A DNA stretch of 64,000 nucleotides. Origin: a virus. The position numbers were made by a program, and so were the translations under genes. Location of the stretch: positions 22,458 through 86,457 of IMG/VR virus record IMGVR_UViG_3300046355_000046; one strand, given 5' to 3'. Shown piece after piece: positions 27,101 to 36,900 of this stretch (its first letter is position 1; each line of letters starts with the position of its first letter). The notes beneath the pieces were generated by a model, which saw only the letters and a program-made list of their open reading frames with translations, did not search any database and had not been told where the DNA came from.

Positions 27101-30100
27101 TAGCTTACAAGGCTGTAGCAGACTTAACTCAAAAGGATACGGCTGATCTATTAGAAGGATTGAACTACTACTTCTTTACAGAGTTATTCAAACGAGGAAA
27201 TAATATAGATAGCATCTTAGGAAGTTTAGACAAGAAACAGTCTAATGCTTTATTAAATAATTTATGGAATAAATCTGTAGAGCAAGTATCTAATAACTTG
27301 TCTTTGATTAGTCCAAAGATTAACTCTACACTTAATGCTAACATAGATGAGTTCTACAGAGAATTCAAAAAGAACTTAGACCGTTATGGTGTAATCTTCT
27401 CTGAAATAGAAGAAGATGAGAACAACGTTACAGATACTTTAGGTATCAGAGACGCTATTACAATTGACCCTAGAAGCATGACGTCTACAAACGTTATGTT
27501 ATTACTTACTTCTTTACCACAGACTACTGTAACAAGAGGTAAAACTGTCCTTGTAAAGAACGATCTTAACCAACCACGTTTAGCTAATACAGATAGAGTA
27601 CATACAACCCTACTTAACGAACTTAGTAATGTAGTGAGTATTGTAGATAAAGACGGTGTTCGTAAAAATACTTTAGATCTAATGATGGAAAAATTAGATA
27701 AGAAGTACAAAACTGCAGACAATAACTACCGTGAAAACTATGGCTGGGTACGTAACTTAAAGCTACGTCTTAAATATGAGAACAACTTAGGAATTAAAAC
27801 ACCTGCTTCTACATTAAATAAAGAAGACGTTTTATTAAGAGTTTCATTTACTAAGAGTTTTAGCAATGCTAGATTCTCTCCAGAGAAACTTATTGTTTCT
27901 GATGAGGGATACATCTACAACACTAATCCGCTTATTAATGTAAATGAGGATAGAATCCGTAATGAGTGGGCTAATAACTTAAAGGTAGCTGTTCAGAACA
28001 AACAGACTAACTTAGTTAAGATTGATAGCTCTGGTCGTATGATGATCAATAGAAAGTCTGATGACTATATTGATCTAATGGATGAAGCTAAAGCTAGAAG
28101 TACATATGACTTGGCTACAGCTTTAAATGCACTAAGTATATTAGGTATTGAGTTTACTGCTACCTTAAATGAACTAGCACAGTTTGAGAACAGTATTCGT
28201 GAGCAAACTCTTCAGATTCTAGACGTAATGAAGTCAGGAGAAATAGATGATATTGCTGATCTATTTGGTAGAAACGTAGTAGGTGGTAGAATTAACACAC
28301 TTATTGCTATTGAATCTAAGTATAGCAGTGAAGATAATATCTTAAGTTACAATAATGCAGAAGGTCAGCAACAGTTTAGTGTTGGCCAACCGTCATTGTT
28401 AAGTAACATGATTAACATTTTGAATACAGTTAACTCACAAGAGGAGCTTATTCAGACTGCACCATGGTTAGGATTTATTGATGAGGAAGGTGAAGTAGTA
28501 TTCAATGCTTACCAAACTAACTCAGAGCTTTTAAGAAAAGGCGGACGTTTGTTTGATATCAACGGAAAGCGTAAGAATAATACAGAAATTAGCTATCATG
28601 TTATTTCTGGTTTAGGTATTACGGAAGTTGATGGTAATAACACAGCCAAACTTCAGTTCCCTGAGCGTGTAGCTAACAAGATTCACTTTTTGTTAAATAA
28701 TGTTGTGTTCTCTAACATCAACTCAGATAAGAGTACAGAATATGGTATTGGAATTCCTGGTAAGCTTATGGTAAGCAGAAGGGATATTCAGAAAATGATG
28801 ACTACAGAAGACAAGAGTATTGTGGACATGTACGTAAATCATTTATATGATGAGATGTATGCTGCTACTATACAAGCTGATAGTCCAGTAGATATTCAAT
28901 ACTACCGTGATGGTGTATTTAACTTAGGTCACTTCAGAGATATCATTGGTAAAGACATGATTGCTAAGTTCAATCAAGATGTCATTACTAACGAGATGGA
29001 CTTTGAAGAGTTTATTGAAGAGAATAGAGAGTTAATTGAAGATAAGATTACTACTTACATCAACAATAAGATTGAAGATACAGTTGCTTTCTTAAAAGAC
29101 TTAGACTTGTTCATCAAGCCTGATACCTTTAAGAGTGACTTATATATTACAGATGCTATTGATAATGATGGCTTAGATGAAATGTTAGGTATCAAAGATA
29201 CTCAAACATTAAACTACAGAACTGGAGGATATGATTCTGAGTTAAAGAGTCGTAGTGGATATACAGAAGATAATATCAGAACCATTGCTGCTATTCTTTC
29301 TTTAAACGAAGAATTACTTTTAACAGAGCAGCATAAGTTGATCTACGGTCACCCTGCCTTATATAAAGACTTACCTAAGCGTGCTAATGGTGCTACTTCT
29401 ACTAAAGAAGCTTTTGTAGAAGATAGTGATGTTGTTGCTTGGATGGATAATAACATGGTACGTAATGATGGCAAACTTCGTTCAGAAGAGACACATCAGA
29501 CTATCAAGAACATATCATTTAAAGACATGGATGTAGTAAGTGCATTCTATAATGATATTGCAGAAAGTACATATGCTGAAATGATTGCTTCTGGTATTAC
29601 TAAAGAAATAGCAGAGAAAAAGATTGGTGCAAGATTTAATGAGCAAGGTCAGATCTCTGGATTGATTTTAAACAAGAAGAAAGAGTTTACAGGTATGATT
29701 AAAGCATACATGAACTTAAATGAAGCTGATGCCATGGCTATGGGTTTACCAGACGTAATTAGAGATATTCTATTTATGAGTGGTAAGTTTACTAGTCAAC
29801 GTGAAGCTCAATGGGATTATGAGATTGCTTATGAGACTTTAGTTCGTTCTGGAGCTATGCCAAATGCTAAAGGTGAGACTATTAAAAAGTCAGATCCTCG
29901 TTATAAGTCTGCTAACAAAGCTCAAATAGAAGCTGCTAAAGAAACATTTGATAAAGGAAATCCAGGGTATGTATTTGAGGTATTAAAGCCACAGTACTTT
30001 GGATATGCTCAGACAGATAATGTAACTCATCCAGTATTCTTGAAGCATGCTTTACAACCTAAGTTCTATCGTCACGTAGAAGGTAATCAGTTTGAGAAGC

Positions 30101-33100
30101 TTTACATAGCTGCTCAGAAAGATAAAGTAGATGTAATTGGTTTTGAGTCAGGTGAAAAAGTGGGTAACGTAACTACTACGGATGGAAACTTCTTACCAAT
30201 CTATAATGAGGCTGGAGAGATTAATGTTGTAACATCAAACAAAGGATATGAGTTACCAACTGAATTGCCACGTCAGAGTCTATACAGTAGATTCTACGGA
30301 ATTCAAGTTGAGCAATCTAGTAAGCCTAAAAAGTTCGTTGTAAAAGGAACTCAAATTACTAAACAAGTAATGAGTAACTTCTATGAGAATGGTGCTCCTG
30401 TTAATCCAACTATTGGCGGTCTTATCCAAGAGTATAACGAGACTATTCGTGAGATGATGAGACTTGGTAAAGAAGAGCTTCTTAAAGAACTTGGTCTTGA
30501 GAAAAAAGGTGACTTCCAGTATGAAGCTAAAGATATCTCTAGATTAGTTAAGATCTTAAGAAGAGAAGCTGAGAGCAGAGACTTACCAGATAACATGATT
30601 AATGCTATCAACTACATTGTAAATGAAGATGATACACAATCATTAGAGTATGAGTTTGATACTTTAATCAACCGTGATAAGATAGATAATATTCTTAACT
30701 CAATTGTGGACAGCAGAATTATCTCTCAGAAAATGAGTGGTAAGTCTTCACCGCAAGTTGCTAGCACTACATATGAAGCTGCTCCAAGAAACTATGTTTA
30801 TCTTAAAGATGGTATTTACAAGACACTTACTAAGTCAGAACTTAAAGGATTAACAGAAGAAGAGAAAGCGTCTATTCGTATGCAGTCTTCAGATCTTAAG
30901 TTTTACCACTCTAAAGATGGTAAGATTCAAGGTGTAGAGATGTATATTACATGGCCCTTCACTGAGGTTACTCCAGAAGAGTTAGGATTAAAATTAGTAA
31001 ATGGTATTTACTTAATGCCGGAAGGTGGTATCAAAGGTATTGATAATGAGTTACTTAAGGCTATTGGTTTCCGTATTCCTACACAAGGTATGAACTCAAT
31101 TGAGAGTATTATCATTAAAGGATTTACTCCTATTACTAATGGTGATATGATTGTAGTTCCTTCTGAGATTGTTGGTAAAGCTGGATCTGACTTTGATATA
31201 GATAAGCTTAATATCTATTTAGGTAATTACTTTGTAGATATTCTTGGTAAGGATTACTCTGGTAAAGACTTTAGAGACTTCATGATTAATGACATGATCT
31301 CTTCTGGAGCTGATCAAATATATGCAGATAACGTAATGAACGTTATTACATCTGAGCAGTTCAAGCAGATTAATGAATCTACATATACAGATAGAGGTAA
31401 GATTGTTAAAGGAGCTAAGACTAGCTTAAGTGACATTAGTGCATCTAAAGAAACACAAGAAGACTTAGCATTTATTAAGGCTAGTCTTTCTAGATATAAT
31501 GCTTCTGTAAAAGGACAAAAGGTTATCCGTTATATCAAGCCTACACTTGGTACTAAAGAAAGCTTACAGAATAAGTTAATCAACATAATGTCTGAACTTA
31601 TTCTTAGACCAGAGAACTATGCTCAGCTTGTAGCTCCAAATACAACAGATACTCTTAAGGATCTTGCAGAAGAGATTAAAGGATGGAAAGTTGATGCTGG
31701 TACTAAACAACTAGAAGATGAGAAGTCTCCTACATACTTAAGAACATTTATTGGATCTAATAGTATCCGTGAGCGTTACTTAACAGCTAAAAGAATGGTA
31801 GGTATTGCAGCGGTACACTCTACGTTCCATGTAATGGCTCAAGTTAGTGGTCTTAAACTAAATAATAGATATAGTTCTAAGAGCATCTATTACTTAAACG
31901 CTAAAGGAGAAGATACTAAAACAGTAAACATCAAGCTTACTCACCACGGTAGAGATGAGAATGGTCTATACTCAATTGGGCATAGACTAGACAAAGCAGG
32001 TGCATTTATTAGTGAACTTATCTCACAAGCATTATCTGGTTTTGTGGACGGTGCTAAAGATCCATTTGTATTTGACTTAAACTTTTCATTAAATACAGCT
32101 AGTACTTGGTTCTATTTACAACATCATGGTGTACCAGTAGATGAGATAGCTTACTTCTTTAATCAACCTATCTTAGATAGCTTGTTCAAAGAAACATCTA
32201 AGAATAGATCTTCATTCAAAGTGATTAACGGTGAGAACCTTACTAGAAAAGAATTATTCTATAAAGTTATCGCACCTTACTATAACAAAGTAGTAGGTGG
32301 TGATTTAGAAGCTATGCTTGCTGGAGCAGCACAATCATCTAAGGCTCAAGAAGATGCGTTACAAAAACTTATCTTAGCTGAGCTTAATGAGATTAGAGAT
32401 AGCCTTGAAACATTTGATAGTAAAGAATTAATTAAAGCTATCAAAGATGGTAGTAATGCTGATGCAAGATTACAGATTGCTGTAATAATGGATTATGTAG
32501 AGTATGAAGCTCAGGCTAGATTGATGTCTAACTTCATGCAGGCTATTGGATATGATACTAATAAGACCAAAACTGTACAAGAAAACATGTTACAAATTGG
32601 TCGTTGGGAAAGATCTAAACAAGAGAACTTTGTTAATAATCCGGATTCTATTCTAGAAAGTACTTTCTTAGGAGAGATGAAAGATCAAAAAGAAGATATC
32701 TTTAGCATGTTTAGAAACTTCTTTATTACATTATCTCCTGAGATCCAAGAAGTGTTCCAGCCATTGTATGATAAGATAGATAATCCAGAGTTCTTTATTA
32801 TGAAGGATGATGCTATCAACTTAATTAATAGATACCAAAACTTTGTAATTGCTTACTTACTTCATACTACACCGTATATGAATACTGAAGGAAAGCAAGA
32901 AACATTAAATACTTTATATCAAGACTTGTTTACTGGAGAGAATTCTTTTGCTGGTACATTATACAAGTATAAGAATTCAGAAGATCCAAATATCTCTGAC
33001 AACTTGATTATCAAGGAGTTAGTACCGTTGATGACAGATGATGCTACTAAGACAGATAATATCATGTTGTTCAGAAATAAGATAGATACTTTCCAGATAA

Positions 33101-33924
33101 ATAATGTCATAGAAGCTTATAACAACTTAAGAAGTTATGGTGAGAAAACAGCTGATGATAAGCTAGTAAAATTTGCTGATGACCTAGCTAAATTTAGTAT
33201 ATTGCAGTCAGGTTTACAAAGTAGTTTCATTGACTATAAAAAGGTATTAAGTACTGAGATTTACTCTGAGCTTGTAAAAACAATCTTAGATAGATTTAAA
33301 TTAGACCCATCTATATCAGTAGATCAAGTATGGAAATCTTTCCATCAGAACAACTGGTATAATAGATCAATTGTAACTAAAGCACCAGCTTGGTTAAGAA
33401 TTAAGAGTGGTCAGTTGGCAATTAGTCCATTAAGTTCTGTTATTGTTAATGACTATTTGATCAAGTATGTACGTAATCCTAAGATCAGTAAAGAGGAATT
33501 AAAAAAGATGAAGAAAGATAAGACATTGGCTCAAGCTTTCCAACCTGTATTATTCCAAAAGACTGAACAAAAAGATAAGAAAGGAAAGATTATATACATG
33601 CCTATTGGTAAAGCTGGAAACAGAAACCGTATGCTTGAGATCTATAAAGATGATCAAGAGTCTATTTTACCAGGTAATGTAATGCAGATAGAAACACAAG
33701 ATGCCTTAACTGCAGCTGAAGGATATGTATCTGCTGAAGACTTGATGAGACAACCAGGGTTTATTAAAGCCATGGGTGAGTTAGCAGGTGAAAAGACTCA
33801 GAATAACGGTCTAAAAGCTCTAGCTGAGAATGCCTTAAAAAGCTTGAATGAAAGTAAGGAAGTAGATGATACTATCTCTAAAAAAGAGGATGAATCTGTT
33901 AAATGTAATAAAAAAGGTAAATAA
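21196..33924 (+). CDS. Giant virion-associated DNA-dependent RNA polymerase (crAss-like, double-psi-beta-barrel) with N-terminal membrane/ejection and zincin-like regions
   Basis: GSDFDIDK at 31183-31206, FRIPTQG at about 31070, FVDGAKDP at 32041, LKPQYFG/KHA/ESGEKVG motifs, HEAFE...EMLAEEF zincin-like segment. Confidence 0.9.
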   Translation: MAENLFEQDYLSNLPENAIEGVPSTEEMPVYDTPVEAPSSIDQPEQQIATGQEPPRSKYKSYDEALNAINVEANRVFPLANESWIDPRVVPSETAKKYRGTKYGYIYGIDNDNFYGEQEGGFATFGKGIARLGLGILTKTGEGIGYIGGLLDSDNWDADIITKASDNGFSEIFRNIDDKAKNDWLPTYQEAADRNKGFWSKAFTDGDFWMTDAVDGLAFLASAWIPGLALSKLQLGANLARLASGMRVGLGAAEAAIEGAGAAVNYTKSAANAFSKLDKFNAWALATSSESMYEAKAVKDKVMDSLSYDEFGRTRYKEDGTPYTDEEKKRISGAAAQNTFIMNAGLLAATNAIELKWLGQAFGKAPGVAGAVTGAAQFGESMGVRTATSGIERFLNSKKGAFISGIGQGVLAEGYVEENGQLAIQRINEAYGTSGRMADLSNTSEVFKQYFKQTGDALMGKDTEASISIGIGGILGGIGAGVGGVRQFGRDQAATQAAVEMYNAAQENWLKFGNIYKTKLVDSTDAEGNPVKVEKVVYDDNNQPVLDEKRIAAVTSSFRAVNSALEESTKVDDKFKKDALRDTAFAQFVIAHINAGVEGTIDQKLDAVRKSDPEQIAKLGFVLGEDIDTQINRYKGLAASIIKQNKLMNADIMYDGTQDDVARKNKMVNMAAEQAAYKTILNDLLTEVTEVKNDLLSTENSSLSDGIVEQLNEYQYRIKSQEEVIAAMQKKGFVTNLETVAQEVLDGLKKSFDKLQKDNETTIATLEKDDNGFYKYEKEDRNQPGVSDNLNKKIKLKGELQNHIKGIGLEWAKYADTINGKENFLQSLSDEMLSVVDSQLKAEAAKPKPPVAIAPTQSKLSVTYKTEDDVEITTEFVTGDIYNLTDTNSGEVTKLEVMAVNEEDSSVTIKINDGDPAVIDAEELATTLANEGWTKQAVKKTRKKAVKKDVDEDGQEETEELEDNETVTTFSKTNKLPKFEEVGFNKTFGRQYLDEEDTVPNEENGTDRFFKFTAKFNLARRGYALQVITSENDTFGIRDTEFNANDIKVVVVKKQPQADGSVKYAYVNVDNELIPEGEQTKDNIIYRSLAGIDSWTVERVRREYTVDSETTDEEIQEAIDAEKAYQKTLLDNTKDGGNVYLDVVTAMPGIQRIEYTSAVGEDGKRQLSKAEVEGRVITNNPDFTDLRSVSNPDVNIGLRVSTGRGVVMAGVQAGRVVMQEYTMENGKKIYGDKVIRVFNRDLTDIEKDNLIKAFVRLSELYVQKYGYNAASGKKKIKPLSTADQAEMSIIEDYLKHILNWSRPVKGKVSDKYFWVQSGLHRGNLVIPFTKEEILKNRDKLVRGVTHHVNNKALQDNDSFTTIKFVKGKAVLDKSYDTYEEYLLAKREDGTTPPVYSSLPLYDSNTPQRTQVQIIWKDPSLVEPEAEEEVKASKKKPIAKIKGSSELMDDKIDEFLNGERTKIEVNGVTVSYEMEGGGIIIKVQKEKNIKKSKPFASQKEIADNRSEILKSITQATGYIYGANRGLKQLIAQVTQKAAEAKVTKAPTTSVTPQVADRDTETDNDLRFKNIVRSIFEIKEGNMVRPDYLKPENIEMYEDSDVAGYILKININDIDYVAIMPEMQDLRFDSIERLQQFDNSGLKKVSDETKNNILNGYTDIFDLELVDIVTKRFGKENADFVLDYLTKNKDAKQKLTLLEKGATTSVSAQDGPFFSVEEAVANAVPENGKLSAVVSQMNVKTKEVVKLAEATIAIPSGNINAAKALLTKALIAQLDIDSEEPPFRLDIGEMEATEDFGKLTKFMKEVLPMFPVKKVGHLIHGKGLGAFMRGALHIYENATIGTGFHEAFEAVWASFLTQDEKLDLANEFKAREGSFYNKFTKETKPYSEASMYDVREMLAEEFRDYILLDRSTGNKIANFFKNLWKAIQALFNITPKEKAEMNSIINDLFKKIGTGGFKNARFIKDRLASGIAYKAVADLTQKDTADLLEGLNYYFFTELFKRGNNIDSILGSLDKKQSNALLNNLWNKSVEQVSNNLSLISPKINSTLNANIDEFYREFKKNLDRYGVIFSEIEEDENNVTDTLGIRDAITIDPRSMTSTNVMLLLTSLPQTTVTRGKTVLVKNDLNQPRLANTDRVHTTLLNELSNVVSIVDKDGVRKNTLDLMMEKLDKKYKTADNNYRENYGWVRNLKLRLKYENNLGIKTPASTLNKEDVLLRVSFTKSFSNARFSPEKLIVSDEGYIYNTNPLINVNEDRIRNEWANNLKVAVQNKQTNLVKIDSSGRMMINRKSDDYIDLMDEAKARSTYDLATALNALSILGIEFTATLNELAQFENSIREQTLQILDVMKSGEIDDIADLFGRNVVGGRINTLIAIESKYSSEDNILSYNNAEGQQQFSVGQPSLLSNMINILNTVNSQEELIQTAPWLGFIDEEGEVVFNAYQTNSELLRKGGRLFDINGKRKNNTEISYHVISGLGITEVDGNNTAKLQFPERVANKIHFLLNNVVFSNINSDKSTEYGIGIPGKLMVSRRDIQKMMTTEDKSIVDMYVNHLYDEMYAATIQADSPVDIQYYRDGVFNLGHFRDIIGKDMIAKFNQDVITNEMDFEEFIEENRELIEDKITTYINNKIEDTVAFLKDLDLFIKPDTFKSDLYITDAIDNDGLDEMLGIKDTQTLNYRTGGYDSELKSRSGYTEDNIRTIAAILSLNEELLLTEQHKLIYGHPALYKDLPKRANGATSTKEAFVEDSDVVAWMDNNMVRNDGKLRSEETHQTIKNISFKDMDVVSAFYNDIAESTYAEMIASGITKEIAEKKIGARFNEQGQISGLILNKKKEFTGMIKAYMNLNEADAMAMGLPDVIRDILFMSGKFTSQREAQWDYEIAYETLVRSGAMPNAKGETIKKSDPRYKSANKAQIEAAKETFDKGNPGYVFEVLKPQYFGYAQTDNVTHPVFLKHALQPKFYRHVEGNQFEKLYIAAQKDKVDVIGFESGEKVGNVTTTDGNFLPIYNEAGEINVVTSNKGYELPTELPRQSLYSRFYGIQVEQSSKPKKFVVKGTQITKQVMSNFYENGAPVNPTIGGLIQEYNETIREMMRLGKEELLKELGLEKKGDFQYEAKDISRLVKILRREAESRDLPDNMINAINYIVNEDDTQSLEYEFDTLINRDKIDNILNSIVDSRIISQKMSGKSSPQVASTTYEAAPRNYVYLKDGIYKTLTKSELKGLTEEEKASIRMQSSDLKFYHSKDGKIQGVEMYITWPFTEVTPEELGLKLVNGIYLMPEGGIKGIDNELLKAIGFRIPTQGMNSIESIIIKGFTPITNGDMIVVPSEIVGKAGSDFDIDKLNIYLGNYFVDILGKDYSGKDFRDFMINDMISSGADQIYADNVMNVITSEQFKQINESTYTDRGKIVKGAKTSLSDISASKETQEDLAFIKASLSRYNASVKGQKVIRYIKPTLGTKESLQNKLINIMSELILRPENYAQLVAPNTTDTLKDLAEEIKGWKVDAGTKQLEDEKSPTYLRTFIGSNSIRERYLTAKRMVGIAAVHSTFHVMAQVSGLKLNNRYSSKSIYYLNAKGEDTKTVNIKLTHHGRDENGLYSIGHRLDKAGAFISELISQALSGFVDGAKDPFVFDLNFSLNTASTWFYLQHHGVPVDEIAYFFNQPILDSLFKETSKNRSSFKVINGENLTRKELFYKVIAPYYNKVVGGDLEAMLAGAAQSSKAQEDALQKLILAELNEIRDSLETFDSKELIKAIKDGSNADARLQIAVIMDYVEYEAQARLMSNFMQAIGYDTNKTKTVQENMLQIGRWERSKQENFVNNPDSILESTFLGEMKDQKEDIFSMFRNFFITLSPEIQEVFQPLYDKIDNPEFFIMKDDAINLINRYQNFVIAYLLHTTPYMNTEGKQETLNTLYQDLFTGENSFAGTLYKYKNSEDPNISDNLIIKELVPLMTDDATKTDNIMLFRNKIDTFQINNVIEAYNNLRSYGEKTADDKLVKFADDLAKFSILQSGLQSSFIDYKKVLSTEIYSELVKTILDRFKLDPSISVDQVWKSFHQNNWYNRSIVTKAPAWLRIKSGQLAISPLSSVIVNDYLIKYVRNPKISKEELKKMKKDKTLAQAFQPVLFQKTEQKDKKGKIIYMPIGKAGNRNRMLEIYKDDQESILPGNVMQIETQDALTAAEGYVSAEDLMRQPGFIKAMGELAGEKTQNNGLKALAENALKSLNESKEVDDTISKKEDESVKCNKKGK

Positions 33925-33926
33925 CT

Positions 33927-36900
33927 ATGGGTTGTAGTATAATTCGTAATCCTGAGACTAAACAAATAGAAAGAGTATTAGCTCCTAATGGAAAAGAGTC
34001 TAGACTCTATGAAGATATTCTTTCTATTATAGGATCTAAAGCTAAAGAGGATGCTCTTAAGCTTTGGGCACAAGTGTATACCACTAAGTTTAAAGACTGG
34101 TTTGGTGATTGGGAAAGACTTGAGCGTATTAGACGTGAAGACCCGGGTATGGATGCCGGTACATTTGAGACTGTTAATGCGTTTGTATCTAAAGATATAG
34201 ATGAAAACGGTGAACCTAAAATCTTAAATGGTTTATTTACTGATAGAAATGGTAATGTAAGAATGTTCTATAATGCTTTAGAAACAAATGAAGCTCAGTT
34301 AAATGAAGACTATTTGTTTAATACTCCATTTACTACAGAGATTCGTGAGCTTGAAGAAGACTCAGAAGCTTTCTTTAGACGTAATCGTGAGCTTGCATCT
34401 ATTGGTAGCCCTCAACAATATTCAGAGTATCTTAATACTGTGTTTCCTGGTAGTAGGATAAAGAGTATTGTATATCATGGTACTTTCTTAAAAGACTTAA
34501 TTAAAGACGGATTCAAAGGATACGTTACTTACTTTAGTACTTCTAAGAAATACTCAGATCAATTCAGCTTTGGTAAAGATGAGAACATAATTAGAGCTGT
34601 TGTAAATATTCAAAATCCTTACACCGCTCCATCTGAGATTGCTGATGTACCAGAGGAAGTACATGATACAGATGCTTTTACTGCTCCTAGAGTAGTGAAA
34701 TCTAGAAACTCTGGATATGATTCAGTTGTTGGTAAAGATGCTGGTCAAGAAAAAGGTGACACTATTGCTGTGTTTGAACCACAACAGATTCTTGTACTAG
34801 GTTCTAAAGAAGACATTGAAGGTTTTAGAAGATTTGTATCTCCATCTTTAACTGCAAAAGATATTGAAGAAGGTACAAGACCAGAGGATGTTAAGAATAA
34901 GATTACCAAATTCTTAGAAAAGATTGGTGTAGCTATTCAGTCTGTAGATGTAATCAGAGATGCTCAAGGTAATATTGTAAAAGATGCAGCTGCTAAAGCT
35001 AGCATGTTAAATAAAATCATTCAGGTAGTAGATGGTTTAGAATCACTAGATACACTTCCTGAAGAAGCAGCTCACTTTTTTGTAGAGATGTTAGGCCCAG
35101 GTCATCCTTTGTACAAAGAGATGGTATCTAAAATTACAGGATATAAGGTATATGCACAAACTGTAGAACAGTATAAAAACAAAGCTGCATACCGTAATGC
35201 AGATGGTACTATTAATTTTGATAAGATTAAGAAAGAAGCTATTGGTCAAGTGATAGCTGAACATATTCTTAAGATGCAGACTGGCAATGAGACTCAAGAA
35301 CGTATGAACTTTTTGATGAATTGGTGGACTAAGCTTTGGGACTTTGTTAAAGAGATATTTAATAAGTCTGAAGACAATCCATTTGAGACAGCTGCAGAAA
35401 ATATCTTAGATGGTAATACTGAGTTCTTAGATACAGATATTCAGTTAGACGAAGAGTATTATCAGTTAGTAGATCCTACTCAAGGATTAAAGATGGATCA
35501 GACTAATATTGAATTAGATAATAGTATTGATCCAAGAACTGGTCAGAAGAGACACATTTATAAATACAAAGGTGAGAATGCTAAAGGGTCGGTTACTTCT
35601 ACATATGTAGATAGATGGCTTAAGAAGATATTTAGATCTGACCAAAGATCAGAAAAACAAAAGCTTATTGATTTAAATAAAGCTGAGTTTGGTGATGTAA
35701 TCCATAAGCAGATTCAGAATATTGTTAATAGCTGGACTTATGATGATGGTAGCAAGCGTGATGTACAAGGTCCTATAAATATCATTCTTCCAAACGCAGT
35801 GTACACAAGATTGAATACTTACATTCAATCAGTAATGGCTCAGTATGAACCAGGTACTCAGTTTATGTCTGAGGTTAAAGTGTTTGATCAGAAAGCTAAG
35901 ATTGGTGGAAGTATTGACTTAGTTGTTATCCAACCTAATGGTGTTGTAGACATCTATGACTGGAAATCACAAGAGGTGGGTAAGACACAAACTGACTTAA
36001 AGACTTACAAAGAAACTATGTATCGTATACAGCTAGAGAACTATCGTAAGATCTTACAGCTGCAGTATGGATTCCAGAAGTTTGGAAAACTTCGTGCTAT
36101 TCCTATGAGAACTAAGTTCACTATAAAGAATGGTCAGATTGATACTATTAAAGAATTAGAGGTTGGTAATATTGACCCTACTTTAATTCCTGATGATAAA
36201 AGCTATTTATTACCTGTTACTCTTCGTACAGAAAGTACCGGGGACAGTCAAATGGATAGTCTATTAGAGAAACTAAATGGTATCTATGACAAGATTGATA
36301 AAACAAGATACACTAAAGAAGAGCTTTATAAGAAACGTGAAGAGCTAGCTCAGCTTAGAGTTGCTATCAGAGATTTGCAGCTTAAGAATAAAGTAGATCG
36401 TTTAGTAGAGTTAGGTCTTTTGGAGTATAAGAAGTATGCTGAAATGCTTGATAATAAAACATTAAGCGGTAAAGAACTTCAGGATGCTATTAAGATCTTA
36501 CAAGTATTTAGTGAATCAGGTGTATTGCTTTATGACTTAAGAGAACAATACTTTAACGTAGCACAAAACAGTAAAAAGAAAGGTGCTATAGCTGAGTATG
36601 AAGATCTTAATAAAAGATTCTTGACTATGACGTCAAGAGTAACAAAGCTTATTGCTGACTTAGATATTTATAGAAAAGAACAAGTAGACAACTTGGCTAA
36701 GAAGAATGGTATATTTAATATCCTAGATGCTGAAGCACCTCTTAGTACATATAGAGGTTTACTTAGTGCGTTAAGTAATATACCACAAAGAAGCTTTAGA
36801 TTATTCTCTAAGATATTACGTGTAGTTCAGAATAACAGAGATGCTAAGTTTGATTCTACAGCAGCTAAAATGGTTCTTCTAAAAAAGAAGTTTTTAACAT

